Source of the DNA: an uncultured Eubacteriales bacterium
Lineage (GTDB): Bacteria > Bacillota > Clostridia > Oscillospirales > CAG-272
Assembly (NCBI GenBank): GCA_934446485.1
Contig: CAKSEM010000001.1
Coordinates: forward strand, 12,594-76,593
Direction of reading: 5' to 3'
DNA length: 64,000 bases
The stretch's first letter is position 1, and each line of letters begins with the position of its first letter. The position numbers were made by a program, and so were the translations under genes. The notes below the pieces were generated by a model, which was not told the DNA's origin, searched no databases, and saw nothing but the letters and a program-made list of their open reading frames with translations. Below, one piece after another: positions 56,214 through 63,991 of the stretch.

Positions 56214-56513
56214 TTACTTTGCCGTATAGAGTCTCATACCGCAATGGAAATGAGGCATGACTGCAAGATAATAACCTCTTGTTGTCGGCTTTCCGTATGT
56301 ATCAAGTTTATTAGCTATCGTATGATGTAGAGCCTTTTCATGTGTGCAAACTCCAACAACACCATTATAGCCAACATGCTTGAAATATTTGCAGTTGCCA
56401 CATACAGGCTTCTTGTCAAGCTCGATGTCACACTGCGGAACTTCATTCTTCTTATTCTTGTGCAGGAACTTCCCCAGTTTATTCCTAACACGCTTCATAA
56501 TACCTATTCCCAT
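56214..56513 (-). CDS. Small Cys/His-rich hypothetical protein embedded in the tRNA cluster
   Basis: 99-aa ORF that exactly fills the gap between tRNA-Cys and tRNA-Met. Contains 'CGNCKYFKH...C..H'. Confidence 0.5.
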   Translation of the reverse strand: MGIGIMKRVRNKLGKFLHKNKKNEVPQCDIELDKKPVCGNCKYFKHVGYNGVVGVCTHEKALHHTIANKLDTYGKPTTRGYYLAVMPHFHCGMRLYTAK

Positions 56514-56540
56514 ATTTGCTTTTGTTTCGCTGTTTTATAG

Positions 56541-56612
56541 TTGCAGAGACTGGAATCGAACCAGTGACCTCCAGGTAATGAGCCTGGCGAGCTACCGCTG
56601 CTCTACTCTGCG
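56541..56612 (-). tRNA. Initiator-type tRNA-Met (anticodon CAU)
   Basis: C1xA72 mismatch. 'GAGCAGCGGTAGCTCG' D arm as in bacterial tRNA-fMet. Anticodon loop CTCATTA. Confidence 0.8.
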
Positions 56613-56734
56613 ATGTTGTTACGTTTATGAATAGCAAACCAGATTTCCACAAGTTTGTAAATTCAGTGATTTTTTTTGAAAAACACTCCTATTCTCACGA
56701 ACCAGAGTGAGATCAATTCAAAAAAAGAAAAAAA

Positions 56735-56812
56735 GTGAAGGCGTAGGAATCGAACCTACCAGTCTTATGGCAAACTACATCGTATGAATAAAAGACTGTA
56801 CCATAACCTCCA
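56735..56812 (-). other. tRNA-like element (consensus T arm and acceptor, but no canonical D or anticodon arms)
   Basis: T arm GTAGG-TTCGATT-CCTAC. Acceptor TGGAGGT/GCCTTCA (with G-U pairs). The interior forms a 7-bp helix CAGTCTT/AAGACTG enclosing 25 nt. Confidence 0.3.
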
Positions 56813-56949
56813 GTTGTACCGATAAAATACCCTGCTCGATACCACACCGCCAGCCTACGTTCTGGACGATACAAAACTTCTCACGTCAAATGGCTTAAAA
56901 CGTGAACTTTGCTAAGTTGTTCGTGTCTTCGCTCCCTTGTACTTCGGGC

Positions 56950-57360
56950 TTATTTCTTGGAATTACCTTTATTGCCGAAGTCAGCTGGAGTCTCGCCCCA
57001 TTCTTTATTATCCCAATGACTGACTTCTATGGAATCTACATCGTAAGCAAAAGCTTTCAAGAAAATCTCCGCTTTCTGGAGGTCTTTGTATTTCTTGTTG
57101 GAAGCAGTTGCTTTGTTCTTGAACCACGTTAGAGCTGTCACGCTGTCAGTGTAGATATGCCGAGGTTGAAAATCATTCTCGATGATATACTTAACAGCCT
57201 CAACCACTCCAAGGAACTCTCCAATATTTACAGTTTGATTTCCTAAGTTTTTATAGAAAACCTGTTCTCCTGTAGCAAGATCAATACCTTGAAACTCTGT
57301 CACCAGATTTTTGGTTGAGTGAGCAGCATCTACCGCAATTCCTTCAGTTGGTCTATTCAT
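56950..57360 (-). CDS. RNase H (type 1) family protein (start taken at ATG 57360)
   Basis: 'GIAVDAAHS...EFLGVVEAVKY...IYTDSVTALTW...WGETPADFGNK' fits the RNase HI DEDD layout. Confidence 0.7.
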   Translation of the reverse strand: MNRPTEGIAVDAAHSTKNLVTEFQGIDLATGEQVFYKNLGNQTVNIGEFLGVVEAVKYIIENDFQPRHIYTDSVTALTWFKNKATASNKKYKDLQKAEIFLKAFAYDVDSIEVSHWDNKEWGETPADFGNKGNSKK

Positions 57361-57361
57361 G

Positions 57362-57610
57362 TTACCAATACCTTGTTGGCGTAGGTGTGACAAGCAATTG
57401 TCCATTCTGTCTGCCGTAAGGAACATATCTTACAGCAGCATTAACCCAGAACTTACAGACTGGCTCGTAAAAGCGTCCGTTCTTCTGTGTTATCTTGTAA
57501 AGCAGAATAGTCTTTCTGTACCAATCACGACCTTGCGCCTTGATAGCAACCTTCTTCCTCTTTCGAGGAAGTTTAGGTTTCTTAGCGATACACTTTTCGT
57601 CCGAGTCCAT
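57362..57610 (-). CDS. Small basic hypothetical protein (start taken at ATG 57610)
   Basis: 83 aa, 'MDSDEKCIAKKPKLPRKRKK...'. The upstream part of the tracked ORF overlaps gene 57582-58139. Confidence 0.4.
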   Translation of the reverse strand: MDSDEKCIAKKPKLPRKRKKVAIKAQGRDWYRKTILLYKITQKNGRFYEPVCKFWVNAAVRYVPYGRQNGQLLVTPTPTRYW

Positions 57611-58139
57611 CAGCAAACATTTTATTAAGTAAAGTATTTGCAGCAGCGTCAAAGTCATCCAAAACCTGTGTAAGGTTCTTGATGTCAACACGCTTTTCCA
57701 AAACAGCACGGCAAACAGACAGCTTCTTGACGCTATCCTTTGTTCCGTCCATAGGGTCGAAAGTGATACACTTATTGCCGAACTTCACGTCAATTCGGTA
57801 CTGAATCTTCGGGATGTACGAAGTCTCAATTGTAGCCTTGAACTCACAAGGAATAGCGGAAATCACCACATAACCATTGCGCTCGTGCATTGGGATAAGC
57901 TCTACGTCATACAGAACATTTGTAAGAATCTCACATGTCAGCTTCTTGTCCAAAACGCACACCTTCTTTGGATAAGGTGAGTTCTGGCGAACACCGCAAT
58001 AACGCTTGGTCTTGGGGTTCTGCGACACGAATCCGACATACGCATCGATCTTGTCTGATTTTACAAACTTGAGCTTAGTGCTGATTTTCTCGACTGGCTC
58101 CTTTACATTCTCTGTTTCTGGATTGTTGATGTTACTCAT
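57582..58139 (-). CDS. Hypothetical protein
   Basis: 185-aa ORF downstream of hairpin 58179-58217. Confidence 0.55.
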   Translation of the reverse strand: MSNINNPETENVKEPVEKISTKLKFVKSDKIDAYVGFVSQNPKTKRYCGVRQNSPYPKKVCVLDKKLTCEILTNVLYDVELIPMHERNGYVVISAIPCEFKATIETSYIPKIQYRIDVKFGNKCITFDPMDGTKDSVKKLSVCRAVLEKRVDIKNLTQVLDDFDAAANTLLNKMFADGLGRKVYR

Positions 58140-58401
58140 TTTTATATCAATTTTTTTTGAATATGCTAATAAAACAAATGTGGTGCATTTCCCAGTTGAG
58201 ATAGGAAACGCACCACAAAAGTACAGTTAATAAATAAGAAAAACGAATGATTTTCAAACTAATTTTAGCCCTAAATAGTTGATAATCAAGCGTTTAGTGT
58301 TATAATGAATTTCTCCTTCTACGGACTCATAACTCCCTGTATTTTAGTCAGATAGTTTAAGATTCTGGAGACAAGCCACCATCCCAATGAAAAATTTTTC
58401 A

Positions 58402-58725
58402 TTAGTAATCGGCATTTCGCTCATCTTCCAGCGTTTTGACATCTGGAAAGTCGAATTTACCCAAGTTGTTGCGACTTTGTATCATCTTAGTCTTGACTCC
58501 ATTTGAAGCCAAAATTCCGACAATATCAAGAATGTCCGCAACAGGCAGTTTGAGACTCGCCATGTGATTCTCGCACTCCTCCAGCTTTGCATCTGGAATA
58601 TAGTTAGCCACTTTTACTGCATCGTCACATATAGCAACGTAAGCATCCTCTAAGCGGAATAAACATACGGTATCTGGCAGTTGCTGTTTATAGTAGCAAT
58701 ATGCCTCATTTGCCTTCTTGTCCAT
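58402..58725 (-). CDS. Stand-alone MutS domain I-like protein
   Basis: 107 aa. 'YYKQQLPDTVCLFRLEDAYVAICDDAVKVANYI...LKLPVADILDIVGILASNGVKTKMI' parallels the MutS N-terminus '[34 protein letters not shown]...'. The Phe-x-Glu motif is replaced by Ala-Tyr-Val. Confidence 0.5.
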   Translation of the reverse strand: MDKKANEAYCYYKQQLPDTVCLFRLEDAYVAICDDAVKVANYIPDAKLEECENHMASLKLPVADILDIVGILASNGVKTKMIQSRNNLGKFDFPDVKTLEDERNADY

Positions 58726-58745
58726 AATTCTACTTGTTTAAGATG

Positions 58746-59108
58746 TTAAATATCAATTTGAATGTGTTTTGCAAAACATGAGTCACACAAACCATCATTC
58801 CTTTTGTATTCAGAAACTGGAATTTTCTTCATACATTCAGAACAATAATGCTCGCTTGACCGCTTGTTGTAAATTGCGTTTTGAACTTTGCTTTTTGAAG
58901 CTCCGTACTCACGCATCAGTGCCTCTATCATCTGAGCTGGAGTATATCGTTTCTCGGATTTTAGCTTCTTGTAGCTATATTTGATGAGCTGGTCAACCGC
59001 ATAGCTGTGGTCGATGAGGCTCATGGAAACGAGCTTGGTCAGATAATAGACAGAACCATCTGTTATGATGGCGAGGCGTTCAATGTCTTTTTGACGTAAA
59101 CGGATCAT
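58746..59108 (-). CDS. Hypothetical protein with C-terminal zinc ribbon
   Basis: 120 aa. 'CSECMKK...CDSC'. Confidence 0.5.
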   Translation of the reverse strand: MIRLRQKDIERLAIITDGSVYYLTKLVSMSLIDHSYAVDQLIKYSYKKLKSEKRYTPAQMIEALMREYGASKSKVQNAIYNKRSSEHYCSECMKKIPVSEYKRNDGLCDSCFAKHIQIDI

Positions 59109-59117
59109 TTATATTGT

Positions 59118-59537
59118 TTACCAGCAATTAAAATGTTGGTTTATAAGTTTTTCTTCATACAATTTGTCGCTGTCTGGAAGCAATGTGGAATATCTAAGCA
59201 TACGCTTTGCAGTTTCTTTATCAGAAAGACTGTTCAAATCAAAGTTCTGCCACTGCCGCCAGGGGTATTGAGAGTCTTTTATACTTTCATTTAATTCCCT
59301 TTCAAATCTTTGCCGTTCATTCTCTGCTTTTCTTTGATAGTCTTGAAAAACTATTACAGATATGGTTGTTATTGCTCCTAAGAGAATTAATGCAAAAGCA
59401 ATAAAAGGCTTACTTTTATATATTTGTTTTCTGTAAGCCTTTTGCTTTTCTTTCTTGTATTGATAACCGCAATGAGGGCAAGTCTTAGCATTGTCAGACA
59501 TTTGCTGCCCACATTCGGGACATTTTATAATTGCCAT
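59118..59537 (-). CDS. Zinc-ribbon membrane protein
   Basis: 139 aa. N-terminal 'CPECGQQMSDNAKTCPHCG', then a TM segment 'FIAFALILLGAITTISVIVF'. Confidence 0.55.
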   Translation of the reverse strand: MAIIKCPECGQQMSDNAKTCPHCGYQYKKEKQKAYRKQIYKSKPFIAFALILLGAITTISVIVFQDYQRKAENERQRFERELNESIKDSQYPWRQWQNFDLNSLSDKETAKRMLRYSTLLPDSDKLYEEKLINQHFNCW

Positions 59538-59538
59538 A

Positions 59539-59754
59539 TTATTTATTATTAGTCATTCGTTTGTAAAATACCATTATGCCATATATTCCAAAGCTGAATA
59601 CGAAGAACATAATCCAACCAAGAATATTGTCAAAACTGTCTATCTTATTCAAAACCATTATTGGAAAGATAAAGAAAGCTGCTATATACCATAATATAAG
59701 AAATGGTAAGATAGGCGTTTTGCGTAGCATCCTTTTAATTTTATTGCAACTCAT
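59539..59754 (-). CDS. Small two-TM membrane protein
   Basis: 71-aa hydrophobic ORF with a 4-nt overlap to the upstream gene. Confidence 0.5.
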   Translation of the reverse strand: MSCNKIKRMLRKTPILPFLILWYIAAFFIFPIMVLNKIDSFDNILGWIMFFVFSFGIYGIMVFYKRMTNNK

Positions 59755-60533
59755 TTCTTCTTAGATTTTCTTGCTGCTTGGTATTGCAGCGAAATATTAT
59801 ACATTATCAAATAGCATGGAGACGCAACGAAAAATACAATCCATTTTGTCCAGCCATCCAATAACCCACAAAAGCCAGCAACAAGAAATATTACTGTAAT
59901 TATTACACAACATACCAATGCCGTTAGCCACAAATCGCTTGCTGTCGTTTTATTTCGATACTGGTTATCTGATATTCTTATTCCGTGCATTGCCAGAAAA
60001 TTTTCTGCCAGATATTTAGCTTCCATTCCATCACCCCATTTAGGATAGTATGACTGATTGAATCTAACCATGTGCATACTGAAGAAGTTTTCCAGCATTT
60101 TCTTAGATGCTTCTGGATTATCTTGTATCTTATCCAACAACATTTGCTCGTCCTCTTTTGTAATGGCACAATCGTACTTGTAAATAGGCACTGGACAGCC
60201 TTCAATGTCATCACCAAGGAGAAATACATCTTTCAAGGAGCAATTATCCAGTTTCTCAACTTTATGAGAAGCCTTAAAATAGTCGATAAAGTGTTGAACG
60301 TGTACTGGGGTAACGCCTTTGTCGTAGCGGTCTGCCAGAAATGATGTTATGTCTCTCTTATAGCCGAAATAGCCGAAATCGAAAATCCATGATGCAAACA
60401 AGGATTCCAGCCAGACATCAATCTGATACCACTTGTTGCCAATAGGAGCTTCCCACGGTTCACTGCCAGCATTGAGAAATACTTTGAGCTTTCTTCGCTG
60501 GAGTATGATATATTTGTGGTTTATTCCTTTCAT
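59751..60533 (-). CDS. Hypothetical protein: soluble N-terminal domain plus C-terminal double TM anchor
   Basis: 260 aa. Its ATG overlaps the repressor stop (ATGA). C-terminus 'LWLTALVCCVIITVIFLVAGFCGLL...WIVFFVASPCYLIMY'. Confidence 0.6.
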   Translation of the reverse strand: MKGINHKYIILQRRKLKVFLNAGSEPWEAPIGNKWYQIDVWLESLFASWIFDFGYFGYKRDITSFLADRYDKGVTPVHVQHFIDYFKASHKVEKLDNCSLKDVFLLGDDIEGCPVPIYKYDCAITKEDEQMLLDKIQDNPEASKKMLENFFSMHMVRFNQSYYPKWGDGMEAKYLAENFLAMHGIRISDNQYRNKTTASDLWLTALVCCVIITVIFLVAGFCGLLDGWTKWIVFFVASPCYLIMYNISLQYQAARKSKKK

Positions 60534-60943
60534 TTTGGTTCGATTTTGATTGTGTAGCCAAATACTTCTACTAATTTTAATAGGGTGTCTATGCGCACTA
60601 CAGTAGCACCACGTTCAATATTAGCTATTGTCTGATAAGTACATCCTGCTTGTTCTGCAAGACTACGTTGTGTGTATAGATTGCTTCTGGTTTCTTTAAG
60701 CCATAATGCAAAATCGGAACTATTATCAAGACATATTGTCTTTCCTTCTTTTATTAAAAGAAGTTGCATTTGAAAGACGTTTATATACGCTAAAGCCTTA
60801 TCTATCTCAAAATTGTTATAGTTTCTTTCTAATCTATAGATGGCTGTTGGCAGAACGCCCATAGCAGCACATATCTCAGTCATTTTTTTGTTTGATTGCT
60901 GGCGTATTGCTGCCAGAAGATCACAAAATTCTTGTCTTGTCAT
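60530..60943 (-). CDS. CI-like XRE-family repressor with two HTH domains
   Basis: 137 aa. 'MTEICAAMGVLPTAIYRLER' and 'QRSLAEQAGCTYQTIANIERG'. Divergent from a plus-strand gene across a promoter/operator region. Confidence 0.75.
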   Translation of the reverse strand: MTRQEFCDLLAAIRQQSNKKMTEICAAMGVLPTAIYRLERNYNNFEIDKALAYINVFQMQLLLIKEGKTICLDNSSDFALWLKETRSNLYTQRSLAEQAGCTYQTIANIERGATVVRIDTLLKLVEVFGYTIKIEPK

Positions 60944-60959
60944 AATTAAAATCTTTCTG

Positions 60960-60990
60960 CAAAGGTACGAAAATAATTGTGTATTTCAAA
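60960..60990 (-). promoter_or_regulatory. Bacteroidota-type promoter for the repressor operon
   Basis: On the minus strand: TTTG (60990-60987), a 19-nt spacer, then TACCTTTG (60967-60960). The spacer contains 13-nt repeat copy 1. Confidence 0.5.
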
Positions 60991-61015
60991 TTTTATTGGA
61001 ATAATATTTGTGTAT
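60972..61015. promoter_or_regulatory. Pair of 13-nt direct repeats (candidate operators)
   Basis: AATAATTGTGTAT (60972-60984) and AATATTTGTGTAT (61003-61015). 12 of 13 identical, 31 bp apart, each overlapping one of the divergent promoters. Confidence 0.5.
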
Positions 61016-61038
61016 ATCATTGGTTATTGTTAAATTTG
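61007..61038 (+). promoter_or_regulatory. Bacteroidota-type promoter for the rightward (Cro-side) genes
   Basis: TTTG at 61007-61010, a 20-nt spacer, then TAAATTTG at 61031-61038. Confidence 0.5.
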
Positions 61039-61066
61039 CGGAAAATTTCATATAAAAGTGACAGTT

Positions 61067-61336
61067 ATGTCAAAGAAAGAAACTATAAGCTGGCCATCTG
61101 ATCCATACGAATGTCCGTATTGCTTTTACAAAGCAAGTTCGATGGAGACGTTGATTGCCCATTTTGAAAAGATGAAGCATCCCAAGAAGTATATTCACCA
61201 GAGGTTCCGTATAGATTTGAGCAAGCGTAAGGAAAAGTTACATAATGCGACGACTTCCAGCAACTTATCAACATACAAATCACCCAGCGTAAAAGCATAT
61301 TCTTCCAATTTTGAATCAAATAAGACAAAACATTGA
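61067..61336 (+). CDS. Small C2H2-like zinc-finger protein in the Cro position
   Basis: 89 aa from ATG 61067. 'CPYCFYKASSMETLIAHFEKMKH'. Confidence 0.5.
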   Translation: MSKKETISWPSDPYECPYCFYKASSMETLIAHFEKMKHPKKYIHQRFRIDLSKRKEKLHNATTSSNLSTYKSPSVKAYSSNFESNKTKH

Positions 61337-61340
61337 TTTT

Positions 61341-61916
61341 ATGGCAAAACATGAACTTACAGAAAAGCAAATTGCAGCTCTTCAAAAGCTGGGTGTCACC
61401 AATTTCAGTTTTTATCGTACACATATTCCAATAAGTATGAATAATATCTGCTTCAATACTTATGGCAAAGCTTTTGATAGACTTAGTAGAGCGATAGCTG
61501 TAGATGTTTACACTTCACCTATAGGTAAAAACCGCTTTCGTGAATGTTATGATTGTTTCAAAAAGTTAAATAAACGTGGGAAATTAGGCAATACTGAAGT
61601 GTTCTTACGTCTGTTAGATGAAAAAGCGCAATATTACTTTGGCGTATTATGCGGAACCATAAAGTCTACAGCCTCCATTCATATCACACCTCCAGCTGCT
61701 TCTAAGAAAACTACAGATGTTCAACTTACCGCAAAACAGAAAAAACAACAAGCAAATGCTGTAAAAGCGCAACAACGAGCTAAAGCCATGTTTGAATCTC
61801 ATCTTCATGCTTACACCCCAGATTCACAATTTCAAAGTCAATACCGTTCAACCCTTGCCAGTCACAACCTTATCAATGATGATGGCTACGAACATGGGTT
61901 GAGCGATATTGACTGA
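61341..61916 (+). CDS. Hypothetical protein (start at ATG 61341)
   Basis: 191 aa, 'MAKHELTEKQIAALQKLGV...'. Basic Lys/Gln-rich centre. Confidence 0.5.
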   Translation: MAKHELTEKQIAALQKLGVTNFSFYRTHIPISMNNICFNTYGKAFDRLSRAIAVDVYTSPIGKNRFRECYDCFKKLNKRGKLGNTEVFLRLLDEKAQYYFGVLCGTIKSTASIHITPPAASKKTTDVQLTAKQKKQQANAVKAQQRAKAMFESHLHAYTPDSQFQSQYRSTLASHNLINDDGYEHGLSDID

Positions 61917-61925
61917 ATTTTGTTG

Positions 61926-62315
61926 CTATTCTGGGTCTTGATACATCAAAGCATTACCAGCTTTCATTAAAAACTTAAAGAAAATATCACCTATTTGAGT
62001 AAATACCCCATCGTCATCTTCATATTTGAGAATAAAAGCAGCGTCTTTTTCACTCCATATTATTTCTTGTGAAATAAGGCAATTCACTGTTCTCACATAA
62101 TCATGTTCATACAACTCATTGCCATATTGATCTTTCATTCCAGTAAACTGACACACAGTCTCTGGGTCAACGTGATATGTGGATGTACAATTGTCTGAAT
62201 GTGCCACAACTATTAATGTAGTTCCATCCTTACATTGCACCAAACTACCTTCTACCCATTCTCCAGCATAGCGACTTTCTTTCTCGCATCTGGCACGAAA
62301 TTTTATTGTTCTCAT
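61926..62315 (-). CDS. YopX-family phage protein
   Basis: 129 aa. 'IKFRARCE...VCQFTGMKDQYGNELYEHDYV' matches the YopX pattern. Confidence 0.65.
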   Translation of the reverse strand: MRTIKFRARCEKESRYAGEWVEGSLVQCKDGTTLIVVAHSDNCTSTYHVDPETVCQFTGMKDQYGNELYEHDYVRTVNCLISQEIIWSEKDAAFILKYEDDDGVFTQIGDIFFKFLMKAGNALMYQDPE

Positions 62316-62328
62316 AATTCTATGGTAT

Positions 62329-62634
62329 TTATAGTAAAAACCTTTCAGTTTTCTTTCCGTTAATATATTCTTCTTGCCAGACTTCGTTGTAGTCGCTGGT
62401 GTTGTCTTTGTAATAACACACTATAACAACTTGTGCCAATCCTGCGTCAAGAGTCTCTGTCTCTTTGAAGTTGTTACAGTCAGATCCGAGCTGCTTTGAC
62501 CAGTCCTTTGCTATTTTTATAGCTTGCTTATAACTTGACGCTGTTATGAAGTCAACGCTTTCATAATCATCATCCACGCTGCTTTTAACGTGTTGTTTCA
62601 GTGCTATCTCATATTGGAATTTGGTTGTTCTCAT
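62329..62634 (-). CDS. Hypothetical early protein
   Basis: 101-aa ORF in a tightly packed minus-strand run. Confidence 0.5.
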   Translation of the reverse strand: MRTTKFQYEIALKQHVKSSVDDDYESVDFITASSYKQAIKIAKDWSKQLGSDCNNFKETETLDAGLAQVVIVCYYKDNTSDYNEVWQEEYINGKKTERFLL

Positions 62635-62846
62635 AATTGTTTTGCTTTAACGTTATATATTCCATTTACGACTTCCACCTCGTAACAATCTGGACAATAG
62701 TGTTTGCCATCTATTTCTTCCCAATCTGAGTAATCTGCAATATCAGAACATTTGTCAGTAAACAATGCGGAATGAGTGTCTGTACCTTCAAACACATTGC
62801 CACATCTGTCGCATACTATCTGATACATTATGATTGGTCTGTACAT
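62631..62846 (-). CDS. Small zinc-ribbon protein
   Basis: 71 aa. 'CDRCG...CPDC'. Confidence 0.5.
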   Translation of the reverse strand: MYRPIIMYQIVCDRCGNVFEGTDTHSALFTDKCSDIADYSDWEEIDGKHYCPDCYEVEVVNGIYNVKAKQL

Positions 62847-62848
62847 AG

Positions 62849-63049
62849 CTATTCACTTTTAAGTTCCACTGGCTCATCTTCCCATGTAAGCTCTCTTCCA
62901 ATAAGTTTTTTAATTGAACCTTTTGGAAGTCCTATAGCACAGGAGTCGAAAATATTTTCAATACACCACATAGAATCCACCCAATCTCGATAAGGCTCAG
63001 TACTACATACACATTCTGTACCATCTTTATCTACTGCTAACCATGCCAT
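62849..63049 (-). CDS. Small hypothetical protein
   Basis: 66-aa ORF abutting its neighbours. Confidence 0.45.
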   Translation of the reverse strand: MAWLAVDKDGTECVCSTEPYRDWVDSMWCIENIFDSCAIGLPKGSIKKLIGRELTWEDEPVELKSE

Positions 63050-63050
63050 A

Positions 63051-63446
63051 TTATTCCTCCTTTATACCGAATGGTGTTCCGTCAGCAAACGTGTCTGATG
63101 CAAAAAGAGTTTTGAATGAAACATTGTCATTATTTGAAAAGAAGCAGCCATTATCATCAATTTTTGATATGAAATAGAAGCGTTTCTCGGATATGGATTT
63201 TGTCCATCCGAACGGTTGATGTTTCAACATTTCCTGCCAGCACTCTTCTGCATCATTGAATGGGCGGTACTTGGGCTTTGGCTTGATGCGATATTTTTGT
63301 GGTTCATTTATTAAACTTATAATATTAAGTGCAGTTTTCATTTCCAAATCTATCCACATTCCGTTAATTCTTCTACTTTGTATTATTTTACCTTCTGCAA
63401 ATGCCTGTATAATAGGCAGAAGTTCTTTGGCTTGTTGTCTGTCCAT
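63051..63446 (-). CDS. Hypothetical protein
   Basis: 131-aa ORF whose start overlaps the upstream gene's stop. Confidence 0.5.
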   Translation of the reverse strand: MDRQQAKELLPIIQAFAEGKIIQSRRINGMWIDLEMKTALNIISLINEPQKYRIKPKPKYRPFNDAEECWQEMLKHQPFGWTKSISEKRFYFISKIDDNGCFFSNNDNVSFKTLFASDTFADGTPFGIKEE

Positions 63447-63658
63447 TATTTATCCTCCAATTCTTTAAGATAAATATATACATCTGTAAATGTAAAGTTT
63501 GTCAGTTTTTTATATCTATTTACTATATCTTCTACAAGATACCATTTATCTTTAATGATAACTTTCTCACCTATACGAGGAATATTATTGTAACGGCATG
63601 TTTCATATTCCAATATGGAATCTTCATCATCCTCTTTTTTATAAAAAAATACATTCAT
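63446..63658 (-). CDS. Small hypothetical protein
   Basis: 70-aa ORF. Confidence 0.45.
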   Translation of the reverse strand: MNVFFYKKEDDEDSILEYETCRYNNIPRIGEKVIIKDKWYLVEDIVNRYKKLTNFTFTDVYIYLKELEDK

Positions 63659-63685
63659 AACAATCCCTTTCTATTTCTACTTTAT

Positions 63686-63991
63686 TCATTTTTCCTCCTC
63701 CAATTCTTTCTTGATTTCTTCAAGCAAATCGCCTGTTGCCTTAATCTCAACAATAGTTTTATCGTTAGAACTGATATACATTGTGTCTGTTTTGTTTTCT
63801 ATGCAGAACTGGCGCAATTTCCATTCTATAAGCCCAAAGATTTCCACATCCGTGATAATGCGTCTGTCATTGAGCATAAGGTTTGGGTTACGTTTAGAAA
63901 CCTTTGCAAGAAATACGTTGAAGCAAGCTGGGCATATTATATAATCTTGCGCTGACATAATATGTATTGTTTTACCCCTCCCCACTGTCAC
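63686..63991 (-). CDS. Hypothetical protein
   Basis: 101-aa ORF near the window edge. Confidence 0.45.
   Translation of the reverse strand: MTVGRGKTIHIMSAQDYIICPACFNVFLAKVSKRNPNLMLNDRRIITDVEIFGLIEWKLRQFCIENKTDTMYISSNDKTIVEIKATGDLLEEIKKELEEEK

Noticed and set aside
55998-56330. Plus-strand 110-aa ORF, along with 56340-56634 and 56902-57132 on the plus strand.
   Set aside because: They run antisense through the tRNA genes or the RNase H gene. They are artefacts of the ORF caller.
58279-58306. Near-consensus E. coli sigma-70 promoter (TTGATA, 16 nt, TATAAT) on the plus strand.
   Set aside because: It points antisense into gene 58402-58725. The other promoters in this genome follow the Bacteroidota TTTG/TAnnTTTG pattern. 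In AT-rich DNA this is likely a chance match.
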